Counted from the first letter of the stretch, positions 25,108 through 35,082 are shown. The stretch: DNA of 64,000 nucleotides from an uncultured Candidatus Saccharibacteria bacterium (GCA_964648765.1 CAZYLF010000001.1:12155-76154), one strand, 5' to 3'. Notes: generated by a model from the letters alone, not told the origin. Numbers and translations are program-made.

Positions 25108-27870
25108 TCACTTATTTTTATATTTTTCCATCACCTCCTCTTCCACCTCACTGCGAGGTCGACCGAAGGTAATTAGCGACACTTCTCTCAATTTAGCAAC
25201 TTGCTCAAAATTGCCTTTACTTGGTGGCAAAGTTTCAACATTAAAGGGCTTAACTGGGCGTCCGTTTGAAAGTAACCTGAGGTATGCGTGTCGATTATCC
25301 AAATTAATAATATCGTTTTTGGTAAATATTGGAGTAAATTGTCGTTCTAAAAATTCGGCATCCTCAATACCTACCCGAAACACCGCCATCGACCCCACGT
25401 TGCCAAACACGGCATTTTTAATCTTTTCTTCAACCTGACCAATAAATTGGTGAGCAATTGTTAAGGAGAGGCGATATTTGCGAGCTTCCGACAAAATGGT
25501 CGCAATCGAATCGGTGGTAATGTTTTGGAACTCATCAAGATACAAAAAGAAGTCAGACATCCGCGATCCTAAATTATCAACGCGGGAAAGTGCTGCCATT
25601 AAAATCTTACCCACTAAAATCAAACCAATTAAATGTGAGTTGATATCGCCCAAACGACCCTTTGATAAGTTAACGAGTAAAATCTTTTTACTATCCATAA
25701 TTTCTCGAAGATTAAAAGAGGATTTTTCTTGAGAAATAATCGGTCGCATTATTTCATTTGCTAAAAACACATCAAACTTAGAGGTGATGTAAGGCACAAT
25801 GTTGGCAAGTGAGGCCTCACCACCCGCCTTCTCGGCGATCTCCTTCCAAAACTGCACGACGATTGGATTTTTGCAACGAGAAATTTTTAAGTCACGAAAC
25901 GCCTTGTTCGCCATCACTCGCGACACATCAAGCAAGGTTGAACCAGATTCAGGATCCTCAATTACCAACATGGTGGCATTACGGAAATATTGCTCAAACA
26001 TCGGACCCATCGACTCAGGCACTGCTCCATAAAGTTTTTGAAAAATACTAAACATCTCATTAACCACAAAAGTTTTTTGTTCTGGAAAATTGTGATCAAA
26101 CTCAAGCATATTAAGTGCCATGGCTCGAGTAGTGTCAGCAGGGTCAAAATAAATAACGTCTTTGAAACGTTCCTGCGGAATATTAGCTAGAATATCTTGG
26201 ACATCTGAACCGTGAGGATCAATAAAACAAACTCCGGAACCATCTTTAATATCCTGCACAATCATATTTTTAAGTAATGTGGTTTTACCAGTGCCAGTTT
26301 GACCAATTACATAAAAGTGGCGCATTCGATCCTCTGCCCCCACATACACACTAGTCTCCTCACCACGGTGGCGGTTAATACCAATCAACGTGCCAGATGT
26401 AGGCAGATCAAGCGGCGGTGACGCCGTGCCAGCTTTATTTTGCTTTAATTGTGGTGCGGCTTTACCTTCAGAAGTGGCAGGAAAATGAATAAGGGTTGTT
26501 GCTTCTGATAAATTAATTACAAACTGTTCGTCCTCATTAAAAATTCTGAATGAAAAATTTCTCAAAACTTTTTTAAGGTCTCCTTTTTTATATCGATTCC
26601 AATTTAAACGATTACCATAACCATTTTCAAATTGATTAAAACTTGATTCAATATCCTCAATTATTGCATCAGCTTCAGCCTCACTTTTAGAAGAAACGAT
26701 TAGGCGTAAATTAACACCCACTAGTGGTGATTTGAGTTTTTTTACAAACTGCTCAATTGCTACCTGATCTACCGCTCCGGCAAGTTTTGTTTTTTCTTGT
26801 TTTTCTTTCTCCTTACTTTCATTACTCTTAAAAAAGCTGAGAAATTCCTTTGCTACAACAGTGCCAAAAGTCTGCTTCATCTCCTTAAGCGCCTCACTTA
26901 TTTTTGCTCCTTTTCTGATTTTTTCGATTGCTTTTTGTGATTTTTTCACCAATTCGTCTTGTCTACCACCAAAAATAAATTGGATGGCAGCCCCTTCGCC
27001 ATCACGATCAATTTTAGAAAAACTGTTTAAAATTGTACTGAGTGGGTCGAAATCAAACTCTTCATAAAACTTTAGTGGGTAAAGAAAATTATTAGCTAAC
27101 TTGGCCACCGACCCCACGGTTACTCCGTCCGGGTTAAAAATATTATAATCATTTTTATGTTCTTCAATTCGTGCCCCAGGGAAAATGGCAATGATTTGCT
27201 TCTCGAGTAATATTTTTTTATTTGTCGGGACAGAGACATAAAAAACAAATTGGTCACTGCCATTTGCATTTGCAATTTCAATTGAAAAATTATTTTCATT
27301 ACTCAAGCTACTTTGCCCCGAAAGCATGCCAGCATAAAATTGCTCCATGCTTGAGATGAGCTCTTTCAATCTCTTACCCTTATCTTCATTAAAGCTTTCG
27401 GGCAGACTAACCTCAAAAAGTGCCATATGTAAAGGTTTCCACATCGGGCTCGATTCCTTGAGGTCGTTTGCCTTATGACCAGTGGAAATATACTGGATTA
27501 AAAAACGATGAAAATCGTCCTCAAGATGAGGGTTGCCCATCTTAGCTAAAACCGAAAGCGCATTCTTTAACCCCCTACTTTCCATCACCCCCAAAAGATG
27601 TTCAATTTGCTTATCATGAGCTTCGGGCGCCAAATCTAGGGTAATTGCCTCGGCTTCAGTCTGACTTATCTGACGATTAGGGGCTAATACCTTTTCTGGT
27701 GCAGTATTTGCATAGGCTTTAATCACCTCAGCGCCCACTTGGGCCGGTGCCGCCTCCCGACCCTCGGCCTTTTCGGCTTCAATGTGACGCTTAACCTCAT
27801 TTTTGAGGTGAGCAATTTCTGCCTCCGGGCTATCAAAAACTATCGGTTGCTCTGGAGTAAATTTATCCAT
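25108..27870 (-). CDS. VirD4/TraG/TraD-like (type IV coupling protein / DUF87-like) P-loop ATPase with approximately 480-aa N-terminal extension
   Basis: Walker A GQTGTGKTT; Walker B-like FLYLDEFQN; downstream AHQ motif (LSLTIAHQFIGQ) as in TrwB/VirD4-family DNA translocases. N-terminal half unrecognised. Confidence 0.5.
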   Translation of the reverse strand: MDKFTPEQPIVFDSPEAEIAHLKNEVKRHIEAEKAEGREAAPAQVGAEVIKAYANTAPEKVLAPNRQISQTEAEAITLDLAPEAHDKQIEHLLGVMESRGLKNALSVLAKMGNPHLEDDFHRFLIQYISTGHKANDLKESSPMWKPLHMALFEVSLPESFNEDKGKRLKELISSMEQFYAGMLSGQSSLSNENNFSIEIANANGSDQFVFYVSVPTNKKILLEKQIIAIFPGARIEEHKNDYNIFNPDGVTVGSVAKLANNFLYPLKFYEEFDFDPLSTILNSFSKIDRDGEGAAIQFIFGGRQDELVKKSQKAIEKIRKGAKISEALKEMKQTFGTVVAKEFLSFFKSNESKEKEKQEKTKLAGAVDQVAIEQFVKKLKSPLVGVNLRLIVSSKSEAEADAIIEDIESSFNQFENGYGNRLNWNRYKKGDLKKVLRNFSFRIFNEDEQFVINLSEATTLIHFPATSEGKAAPQLKQNKAGTASPPLDLPTSGTLIGINRHRGEETSVYVGAEDRMRHFYVIGQTGTGKTTLLKNMIVQDIKDGSGVCFIDPHGSDVQDILANIPQERFKDVIYFDPADTTRAMALNMLEFDHNFPEQKTFVVNEMFSIFQKLYGAVPESMGPMFEQYFRNATMLVIEDPESGSTLLDVSRVMANKAFRDLKISRCKNPIVVQFWKEIAEKAGGEASLANIVPYITSKFDVFLANEIMRPIISQEKSSFNLREIMDSKKILLVNLSKGRLGDINSHLIGLILVGKILMAALSRVDNLGSRMSDFFLYLDEFQNITTDSIATILSEARKYRLSLTIAHQFIGQVEEKIKNAVFGNVGSMAVFRVGIEDAEFLERQFTPIFTKNDIINLDNRHAYLRLLSNGRPVKPFNVETLPPSKGNFEQVAKLREVSLITFGRPRSEVEEEVMEKYKNK

Positions 27871-27896
27871 TTATCAGATTATGTTATCATATAATA

Positions 27897-28127
27897 ATGA
27901 ATCTTTTAACCCAGGTTAGTAATCTAGTTGAAACGAATCCAGAGATCTTTATTGCTCTCACAGTGTGGAGCTTGTTTTGGAAAGGTTTAGCGCTTTGGCG
28001 CGCCGCCCGTCTCTCCTCACGCAATTGGTTTATTGTGATCCTTATCCTAAACACCATTGGCATTTTAGAGATTATCTACCTCTACGTCATCACCCGCGAA
28101 AAAAGCCCAGAATCAGAAATTATTTAG
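27897..28127 (+). CDS. small membrane protein, 76 aa (two TM helices)
   Basis: Hydrophobic segments IFIALTVWSLFWKGLALW and WFIVILILNTIGILEIIYLYVI. Confidence 0.35.
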   Translation: MNLLTQVSNLVETNPEIFIALTVWSLFWKGLALWRAARLSSRNWFIVILILNTIGILEIIYLYVITREKSPESEII

Positions 28128-28189
28128 AAAAAATAGTTTTACTCGGGAAATTCGAACTTTCTGTTATTTTCTGCTATAAATGAAGCCAC

Positions 28190-28279
28190 GGAGGAGTGGC
28201 TGAGTGGTTTAAGGCAACGGTCTTGAAAACCGTCATATCCGAAAGGGTATCGTGAGTTCGAATCTCACCTCCTCCGCCA
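28190..28279 (+). tRNA. tRNA-Ser (anticodon TGA), long variable arm, CCA encoded
   Basis: Acceptor ggaggag/ctcctcc, anticodon stem-loop acggt-cTTGAaa-accgt, long extra arm, T-arm gtgag-ttcgaat-ctcac, then G-CCA. Confidence 0.8.
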
Positions 28280-28659
28280 TGAATGAAGAAAAAATTGAGG
28301 CTACCTACTACAAAGACTTAAGTGATCAAATTAGATCGGCTTTATCTGAGTTTTATCAGGTCAATTCAGTGTTCGTATTGGCTGACACTTTTTTTATTAC
28401 ATTTGAACAAAACCCTAACAAGATTAACATTATAATTTTTATTATTATAAATTTGATCTGGCTAAAGACCATAGACCTAACTAATGAATGGATCACATTT
28501 TATATAGAAAAAGCCCGTAAATTATCAGAGGGGGAAACCCCTAGAATTACCAAAGAAAATAATCTTTGGTATGAAAAAACAGAAACTAGAAAGGGCCTTA
28601 GAAATTGGTTTTATTTTATTCCCATACTTTTCATAATCTTATTGGCTTCAAGACTTTAA
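28278..28659 (+). CDS. hypothetical AT-rich membrane protein (uncertain)
   Basis: ORF beginning at the ATG that overlaps the tRNA CCA end. Very AT-rich and hydrophobic, so it may not be a real gene. Confidence 0.25.
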
Positions 28660-28713
28660 AAAATATAATTTCCCAAAAAATAAACACTATTTCAAAAAGT
28701 ACAAAATAATTTT

Positions 28714-28950
28714 ATGAATCAAGACACAATTGAACTAGGAAAATATCGACACTATAAAACTGGCAAAGAATACGAGGTTATCGGCGTGGCTCATCATAGT
28801 GAAACTTTGGAACCGCTCGTTGTTTACAAAGCTCTATACGACTCCCCCGACTTTGGTGTTAATGCCATCTGGGTCCGACCACTTAAAATGTTTAAAGAAA
28901 AAGTAGCAAAAGGCGGAAAAGAAGTTTTAAGATTTGAAAAAATCAACTAA
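28714..28950 (+). CDS. DUF1653-like small protein
   Basis: GKYRHYKTGKEYEVIGVAHHSETLEPLVVYKALY...WVRPLKMF matches the DUF1653 pattern as remembered. Confidence 0.5.
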   Translation: MNQDTIELGKYRHYKTGKEYEVIGVAHHSETLEPLVVYKALYDSPDFGVNAIWVRPLKMFKEKVAKGGKEVLRFEKIN

Positions 28951-28971
28951 ATTTCATGCTATAATCGTCGC

Positions 28972-30168
28972 ATGAAATTCGATTTTGGGGCAAGTTTGGT
29001 GCCAAATGATTATATTAAGTCCACGCTTCCAAAATTGGTAGCTTATCGCGAAGAGCTGAAGGAAGCCTCCCACTCCCCACTCTACCAAGCGCCTGAATCT
29101 TCACTCTTTCTCCCTCACCACACCGAGCAGTTAAAAAACGTGCGCGAGGTGCTCACCACACTTGGTGGTAATTTAAAGTTAGTAATTGTGATCGGCATTG
29201 GTGGCTCAAGCTTGGGCGCCAAAGCGGTTTACGACGCCACCTTTGGCCACAGTGATGAACTCACCCCGGAGCGCTTCCCCAAACTCCACTTCCTTGAAGC
29301 GCCAGACGAAAATGAGGTTGAGAAGCTGGTGAATTACATCCGCGACCAAAAGTTAACCGACTCAGAAATTTTAATAAATGTAATCAGCAAGTCGGGTCAC
29401 ACTAGCGAGACTCTAATTAATTTTAAATCATTAATTTCTAACCTCTCATCCTCTCTCCCACTAATTAGCGATCGGGTCGTTATAACTGGCGATGCCGACT
29501 CACCTCTGGTTTTAGAAGCTAAAAAAACTTTAATTATTCCTAAACCAGTCGGCGGGAGATTTTCAATTTTTTCAGCTGTTGGACTACTCCCTTTACTCGC
29601 CGCGGAAGTGGATGTGGAAGGTTTACTTGCGGGCGCTCGTGAAGCGCAAAATATTTGTTTGGGCGATGAAGAAGAAAATCCTGCCTCGCTTATGTCTATC
29701 TTCCACAGCTATCACTTAAGTCAAAATAAAAACATTCACGACACTTTTAGCTTTGACAGCGCTTGGGAAACTTTAGGTAAATGGTATCGCCAACTTTTGG
29801 CTGAAAGTATTGGAAAGGACGGCAAAGGCATCACCCCCACAGTCTCGATCGGCCCAAACGATCTCCACAGCGTGGCGCAACTTGATCTCGGTGGGCCGAA
29901 AGATAAAACCACGCTCTTTGTTTTAAATCCTACCAACGAATTTAATTTACCAATTTTCCACGGCGTTGAAACTGCATACAAAAATCACGAGTTGCCCTTT
30001 GTAAAATTAGAAATGGAAAATAATCCTAAAGAAATTGGCGCCTATATGATGTGGCGGATGATTGAAGTAATGCTTTTAGGAAAGCTTTTGGGAGTAAATA
30101 CTTTCAACCAACCCAATGTTGAAGATTATAAACATGCTATTATAGATAGCGATGGAAGAACTAATTGA
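28972..30168 (+). CDS. pgi: glucose-6-phosphate isomerase (short bifunctional/archaeal-type PGI family)
   Basis: SIS-domain motif VIGIGGSSLGAKAV and downstream catalytic-region conservation; 398 aa. Confidence 0.7.
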   Translation: MKFDFGASLVPNDYIKSTLPKLVAYREELKEASHSPLYQAPESSLFLPHHTEQLKNVREVLTTLGGNLKLVIVIGIGGSSLGAKAVYDATFGHSDELTPERFPKLHFLEAPDENEVEKLVNYIRDQKLTDSEILINVISKSGHTSETLINFKSLISNLSSSLPLISDRVVITGDADSPLVLEAKKTLIIPKPVGGRFSIFSAVGLLPLLAAEVDVEGLLAGAREAQNICLGDEEENPASLMSIFHSYHLSQNKNIHDTFSFDSAWETLGKWYRQLLAESIGKDGKGITPTVSIGPNDLHSVAQLDLGGPKDKTTLFVLNPTNEFNLPIFHGVETAYKNHELPFVKLEMENNPKEIGAYMMWRMIEVMLLGKLLGVNTFNQPNVEDYKHAIIDSDGRTN

Positions 30169-30616
30169 GTGGCAAGCTTGGGAACATAATGATGGCGAAC
30201 CTCGATCAATAAGATGGTTTGCTTGGATTGGTGGCGGGGCGCTCGTGCTCATTATTATATCTTTGCTAGTACAAAACTTTCTGCTTGCAATAATTTTACT
30301 AGTAGGAACAGCTGCAGTTTTGGCTCACCACGCGCGAGCTCCAGAAATGGTGAACTTTGCGCTCAGCACCAAAGGAGTAAGAGTGGGGAAGCGTCTCTAT
30401 CCGTATAAAGAGATAAAGGCCTTCTCACTTTCAGAACCTGAGGAGCGTCCTGAACTCCGTCTCCACACTGATAAAATTCTCCTCCCCCACATTGTGATCC
30501 CACTTGAAGATCAAATTGACCCAGACGCTGTGCGAGGTTACCTACTTGCCTATTTGCCAGAAGAAAGGCATGATGAGAACCTAATCGAGAATTTCATCAG
30601 ATTTCTTGATTTGTAA
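30152..30616 (+). CDS. hypothetical membrane protein, 154 aa
   Basis: Two TM helices near the N-terminus; overlaps the pgi stop. Confidence 0.4.
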   Translation: MEELIEWQAWEHNDGEPRSIRWFAWIGGGALVLIIISLLVQNFLLAIILLVGTAAVLAHHARAPEMVNFALSTKGVRVGKRLYPYKEIKAFSLSEPEERPELRLHTDKILLPHIVIPLEDQIDPDAVRGYLLAYLPEERHDENLIENFIRFLDL

Positions 30617-30621
30617 ATAAG

Positions 30622-30693
30622 GCTCCCGTAGTTCAATGGATAGAACACGAGATTGCGGATCTCGTGATATAGGTTCGATTCCTGTCGGGAGCA
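30622..30693 (+). tRNA. tRNA-Arg (anticodon GCG as read)
   Basis: Acceptor gctcccg/cgggagc, D-arm gttc-aatggata-gaac, perfect anticodon stem cgaga/tctcg with loop ttGCGga, T-arm atagg-ttcgatt-cctgt, discriminator A. Confidence 0.7.
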
Positions 30694-30889
30694 AAAAATG
30701 AACGAAGTGAATGTTTGCTCCCGAAGCGAGTGAACCACTTCACTCGTGTCAGGAATCGAAAGACTTTTCGCTGCAGAAGAATGAGGCCGAAAAGTACCCG
30801 CGCCCGTGGGGCGAGATTCTGCCGGGAGCACCACGTTTGACTATTTTCATAAATATGATAGTTGTGTAAGCAGAAAGGAGGTGATCTAA

Positions 30890-31396
30890 ATGATCATCAA
30901 ACATGGAACATATCGGTTAGTGCTAATTTTTGATCATTTTGTGATCAAAATAGCAAAGATTCAATTTTTCGAGGCGTTAATAATGCTCGTAAAGTGGGCT
31001 TGGGCAGGAAAACTAAAAACATACCTTGCTTTAACTTTTGGATCTTTTGATGGCCCAAAGGAGTGGTTACTAAAAGGAATTATTGAAAACTGGGAGGAGT
31101 TTACTTTCTGCATCCTCCGAAAAGAACTCTTTGTGATGCCAACATACTTCTCATTTTTTGGTTTGTTAAATATCCAAAAAAGGGGTTCCTCTTCAGAAGT
31201 AAACTATCGAGACTTAGACAGATTATTTCTGCCAATTCTCGGTAAAAAAATCTACAGCACTCACCACTGGTCTAATTCCGATAATTTTGTTTTGGACGAA
31301 TTCGGCCACATCAGAATGTGCGACTATGGCTCAACTGAAACGAAAAAGGAAATTATCCGTTACGGCAGTGAGCTCTGTGTTGCCACATCAACCTAA
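30890..31396 (+). CDS. hypothetical protein, 168 aa
   Basis: ORF with SD GGAGGTG 8 nt upstream; no motif recognised; AT-rich. Confidence 0.4.
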   Translation: MIIKHGTYRLVLIFDHFVIKIAKIQFFEALIMLVKWAWAGKLKTYLALTFGSFDGPKEWLLKGIIENWEEFTFCILRKELFVMPTYFSFFGLLNIQKRGSSSEVNYRDLDRLFLPILGKKIYSTHHWSNSDNFVLDEFGHIRMCDYGSTETKKEIIRYGSELCVATST

Positions 31397-31451
31397 AACC
31401 CCCACCAATTGCATAAGCTTTTGGCGGGGGTCTTTTTGTTTATTTATTTAA

Positions 31452-31697
31452 TTACTTCTTCTTTGGAGCTACGGCTACAAATTTAGCCATTTGAGACTTC
31501 TTACGGGCGGCGGTGTTTGGCTTTAAAACTCCGCGCTTTGTGGCTTTATCAATCGCTTGGTAAACCCCAGCGAGGTCGCCTTTACCCTTTTTGAAATCCT
31601 TAACGGCCTCTTTGTAAGCATCTTTACGGCTCACATTAAACGCCCGTTTGTTTTTGGAGTTTCGCAAAGCTTTTTTGGCTGATTTTGTGATTGGCAT
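31452..31697 (-). CDS. rpsT: 30S ribosomal protein S20
   Basis: MPITKSAKKALRNSKNKRAFN... basic helical 81-aa protein matching S20. Confidence 0.8.
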   Translation of the reverse strand: MPITKSAKKALRNSKNKRAFNVSRKDAYKEAVKDFKKGKGDLAGVYQAIDKATKRGVLKPNTAARKKSQMAKFVAVAPKKK

Positions 31698-31760
31698 AAG
31701 TTGTGTGAGGAGTATACATCAATTAGAGAAAAAGGCAATAATGCGCTAAGATACTAAATT

Positions 31761-32339
31761 ATGATCAGGCGTTTAACCGGCCAAGTGCTTGAAGTAACCG
31801 AAAAATCAGTAATTCTCGACGTTAATGCTGTAGGGTATGAGATTGCCGTTACCCCAGAAGTTAAAAACCTCTTGGCGAAAAAAGAGGGCAAAGTAAGTCT
31901 CCACACTTATTTGGCAGTACGTGAGGATGCTTTAGATCTCTACGGCTTTTTAGACAAAAAGGATCTAAGGCTCTTTGAACTCTTAATTTCGGTGTCGGGC
32001 ATTGGCCCAAAAGGCGCAATTGCCATACTCTCTATGGCCTCAAGCTCCACACTTTATCAATCAATTGTCACCGGCAATCTTGAGCACCTCACCTCTGTGT
32101 CTGGTATTGGCCGTAAACGGGCGGAAAAAATTATTTTAGAACTTAAAGACAAAGTTTCTGGAGAACAAAGTGATAATGAAGAATTTAATCAATCATTAAA
32201 AAATGAGTCAGAGGCTGTGGAGGCCCTGCGCGCGCTGGGCTACACTTTGGCTGAAAGTCGCGACGCGCTCAAAAAACTCCCAAGTGATCTTGATACCAAA
32301 ACAAGAATCAAAGAGGCTTTACGTCACTTAGGTAAATAA
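31761..32339 (+). CDS. ruvA: Holliday junction branch-migration protein RuvA
   Basis: MIRRLTGQV...; two HhH motifs (SVSGIGPKGA, SVSGIGRKRAEKII); C-terminal domain III. Confidence 0.85.
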   Translation: MIRRLTGQVLEVTEKSVILDVNAVGYEIAVTPEVKNLLAKKEGKVSLHTYLAVREDALDLYGFLDKKDLRLFELLISVSGIGPKGAIAILSMASSSTLYQSIVTGNLEHLTSVSGIGRKRAEKIILELKDKVSGEQSDNEEFNQSLKNESEAVEALRALGYTLAESRDALKKLPSDLDTKTRIKEALRHLGK

Positions 32340-32341
32340 AT

Positions 32342-33610
32342 ATGAAACTCGAACCAATCTTAAATTTGGGCCGCAAAATAATTCCTAAAAAACTATTTCG
32401 CGCTACCCAACCAATTTATCATTACTTGCTCTCTTTTTCTGGAGCGCTTTACTACCGCTTTCCGGCTCGTAAGTTAGAAGTGATTTTGGTCACCGGCACC
32501 AAAGGTAAATCCACGGTCACAGAAATGGTGAACGCAATTTTAGAAGAAGCGGGTAAACAAACTATTGTGGCCAGTACAATCCGCCACAAAATCCCTGGTC
32601 GGAGTGAGCCTAATAAATTTAAAATGACGGTGCAGGGTCGCTGGTTCCTCCAAAAACTTTTAGCCGAGGGATTAAAAGCTGGCGCCACTCACGCAATAAT
32701 TGAGATGACATCAGAAGCCGTGCTCCAATTCCGTCATAAATTCCTATCACCCAACGCCCTTATTTTTACCAACATCTCGCCAGAACACATTGAGTCTCAT
32801 GGCTCGTATGAGAATTATCTAAAAGCTAAATTAAAAATCGCGCGCGAGCTTGAACGCTCAAAAAAGAAAGACAGAATTATCATCGCTAATGCTGATGATA
32901 AGGAAGCGGGCAAATTTTTGGCAATTAATGCAGAACACAAACTCCCCTTTAGTCTTGATCATGGTGTGCCTTGGCAAACCACTGATGCGGGAATAACTCT
33001 TACGGTTGAAAAGACTAAATTTACTTCTAGCCTGCCTGGGATATTTAATATTTATAATTTGCTTGGGGCTATTGTGTACGCCCGTCAAAGATTAATAGGC
33101 CCAGAAATAATCGAGCGCGCAATAAGAAAACTTAACTTAGTGCGCGGCAGAATGGAGTTAGTAATCTCCTCCCCTTTTAGGGTAATTGTGGATTATGCTC
33201 ACACCGCCGACTCACTTACCAAGGCGTATCAAGTTTACAAAAATGATTCCAAGATTTGCGTGCTTGGTGGCACTGGTGGGGGCCGCGACAAGTGGAAGCG
33301 CCCAGTGATGGGCTCAATTGCCGGAGAATATTGTAAACAGATAATTCTCACAAACGAGGATCCCTATGATGAAGACCCACGCGCAATTGTGGAAGATATT
33401 GCAAGAGGGATAAAGAAAAATAATTTTGAAATTATAATGGATCGTCGAGAAGCGATTAATAAAGCCCTCTCAAGTGCCAAACCTGGAGAAGTAATTTTAA
33501 TCACCGGTAAGGGCACGGACCCGTATATTATGGAAGCCAATAACACCAAAACTCCTTGGGACGATGCCGAGGTGGTACGCGAAGAATATGCCCGAATTAC
33601 CCGAAGTTGA
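32342..33610 (+). CDS. Mur ligase family protein (MurE/MurT-like)
   Basis: P-loop VTGTKGKST; Mur-ligase central-domain features (FTNISPEHIESHG); 422 aa without the N-terminal UDP-binding domain. Confidence 0.5.
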   Translation: MKLEPILNLGRKIIPKKLFRATQPIYHYLLSFSGALYYRFPARKLEVILVTGTKGKSTVTEMVNAILEEAGKQTIVASTIRHKIPGRSEPNKFKMTVQGRWFLQKLLAEGLKAGATHAIIEMTSEAVLQFRHKFLSPNALIFTNISPEHIESHGSYENYLKAKLKIARELERSKKKDRIIIANADDKEAGKFLAINAEHKLPFSLDHGVPWQTTDAGITLTVEKTKFTSSLPGIFNIYNLLGAIVYARQRLIGPEIIERAIRKLNLVRGRMELVISSPFRVIVDYAHTADSLTKAYQVYKNDSKICVLGGTGGGRDKWKRPVMGSIAGEYCKQIILTNEDPYDEDPRAIVEDIARGIKKNNFEIIMDRREAINKALSSAKPGEVILITGKGTDPYIMEANNTKTPWDDAEVVREEYARITRS

Positions 33611-34436
33611 AACACTAAGAAGAGACCTCGCGCGCGTGGTGATTGGTAAAATTATCTCCCACGCGGAATTTCTGTGGGTAAAAAGTCTCCACTTCTCTCT
33701 CCCTAAAAAATTTAATGCGCAAATTAAAAATCAAAAAATTATAAGTGTTGAGCGCCGAGCAAAAATCTTAAACTTTGAACTTTTAAATAATTTTAAAATT
33801 GCCGTGCATCTTAAAATGACCGGGCAATTAATTTATAAGCCCACAAAGGGTAAGTTGGTAATTGGTGGCCACCCGGGCGATCCAACCAAACACACGCGAG
33901 TAATTTTCCATTTCACTGATGGCTCTAAACTTTACTTCAACGACTTACGCAAGTTTGGCTGGATTAAATTAATCCCAAATGGAGATTGGCCAAAATTTAC
34001 CGCTCACCTCGGCCCCGAGCCGTTAGAAAAGAATTTCACTCTAAAATATTTTGAATCAATTCTCACTAAACATCCAAAAAAGAAAATTAAACAATTCCTT
34101 CTTGATCAAACTTTAATTTCTGGTATTGGCAACATTTACGCTGATGAGAGTTTATTTGCCTCCAAGGTTTTGCCAAGTCGCACAGTGAATAAGTTAAATG
34201 AAAGCGAAATAAATTTACTTTATCAAAACATTAAAAAAATTTTAAAATTAGCAATTACTAAAGGCGGCACCTCAATCCGTGATTACCGCCGCGCCGGTGG
34301 TGAAGAAGGCGGCTTTGCTAAATTCTTAAAAGTTTATGATCGCGCGGGTGACAAATGTTTAACTTGCGCTAAAATGATTCAGAAAGTTAAACAAAACGGT
34401 CGCGGCACGCACTTCTGCCCTACTTGCCAAAAATAA
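33591..34436 (+). CDS. mutM: formamidopyrimidine-DNA glycosylase (Fpg/Nei family)
   Basis: MPELPEVE N-terminus (catalytic Pro2, Glu3), H2TH region, C-terminal zinc finger CLTC...CPTC. Confidence 0.85.
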   Translation, partial: PELPEVETLRRDLARVVIGKIISHAEFLWVKSLHFSLPKKFNAQIKNQKIISVERRAKILNFELLNNFKIAVHLKMTGQLIYKPTKGKLVIGGHPGDPTKHTRVIFHFTDGSKLYFNDLRKFGWIKLIPNGDWPKFTAHLGPEPLEKNFTLKYFESILTKHPKKKIKQFLLDQTLISGIGNIYADESLFASKVLPSRTVNKLNESEINLLYQNIKKILKLAITKGGTSIRDYRRAGGEEGGFAKFLKVYDRAGDKCLTCAKMIQKVKQNGRGTHFCPTCQK

Positions 34437-34437
34437 A

Positions 34438-35082
34438 ATGTTCAAAAAAGAAAAATTAATTGATATCGGTATTGTGATTGTATTTATTGCGCTTATTTAT
34501 TTAATGGGCAACAAACCTAAAAGTCCATTAATTTTTGAGTGGGCCGAGAGTGGTGATTATTTAATTGCTAGTTTGGAGGAAGAAGTAATAACCCCACTTA
34601 AACTTTCAGGATTAAAAATTGAGATTGCTGATAAGCAAATCACCATACCTCAAGGCGCAAGCACCTTTATTGCAAGCCAAATTAATAATCTTGAAGACAT
34701 CTACCTCGCCCCAGGCGAAAAAGTTTATTTAAATATGGGCCGCTCGCCAGTGGGCGTGTCATTCAAAGAAAATCTCTGTAGTGGTTATTTAGCTGAAACT
34801 CAAAGTTTTACCCCGCAGTTTATTGGCTCTTGCCCCAGGCTCGCTCCACCCGCCGGCTGTGAGAGCGAGTTTGAAAGCATCCCAAAGTGTACAAGCCCAA
34901 TTAAAATTAATCATGTCTTCACTCCCCTTTGCTTAGAGGCAGTGTTGAAACTTAATTACAACGACTGCTTGGCAGAAAATTTAAATCAAAAAAACTTTTT
35001 AGGTCAGTGGCGGATTTACTTAAATCAAGAAGGCAATTTGAAATTTGAAAAGGACGATGAGGTAGAACTAGTGCTCGAGTAA
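34438..35082 (+). CDS. hypothetical membrane-anchored protein, 214 aa
   Basis: N-terminal TM helix, then a Cys-containing extracytoplasmic domain. Confidence 0.4.
   Translation: MFKKEKLIDIGIVIVFIALIYLMGNKPKSPLIFEWAESGDYLIASLEEEVITPLKLSGLKIEIADKQITIPQGASTFIASQINNLEDIYLAPGEKVYLNMGRSPVGVSFKENLCSGYLAETQSFTPQFIGSCPRLAPPAGCESEFESIPKCTSPIKINHVFTPLCLEAVLKLNYNDCLAENLNQKNFLGQWRIYLNQEGNLKFEKDDEVELVLE

Noticed and set aside
30550-30834. Minus-strand ORF 30550-30834 (94 aa) overlapping tRNA-Arg.
   Set aside because: Runs straight through a well-formed tRNA gene; spurious.
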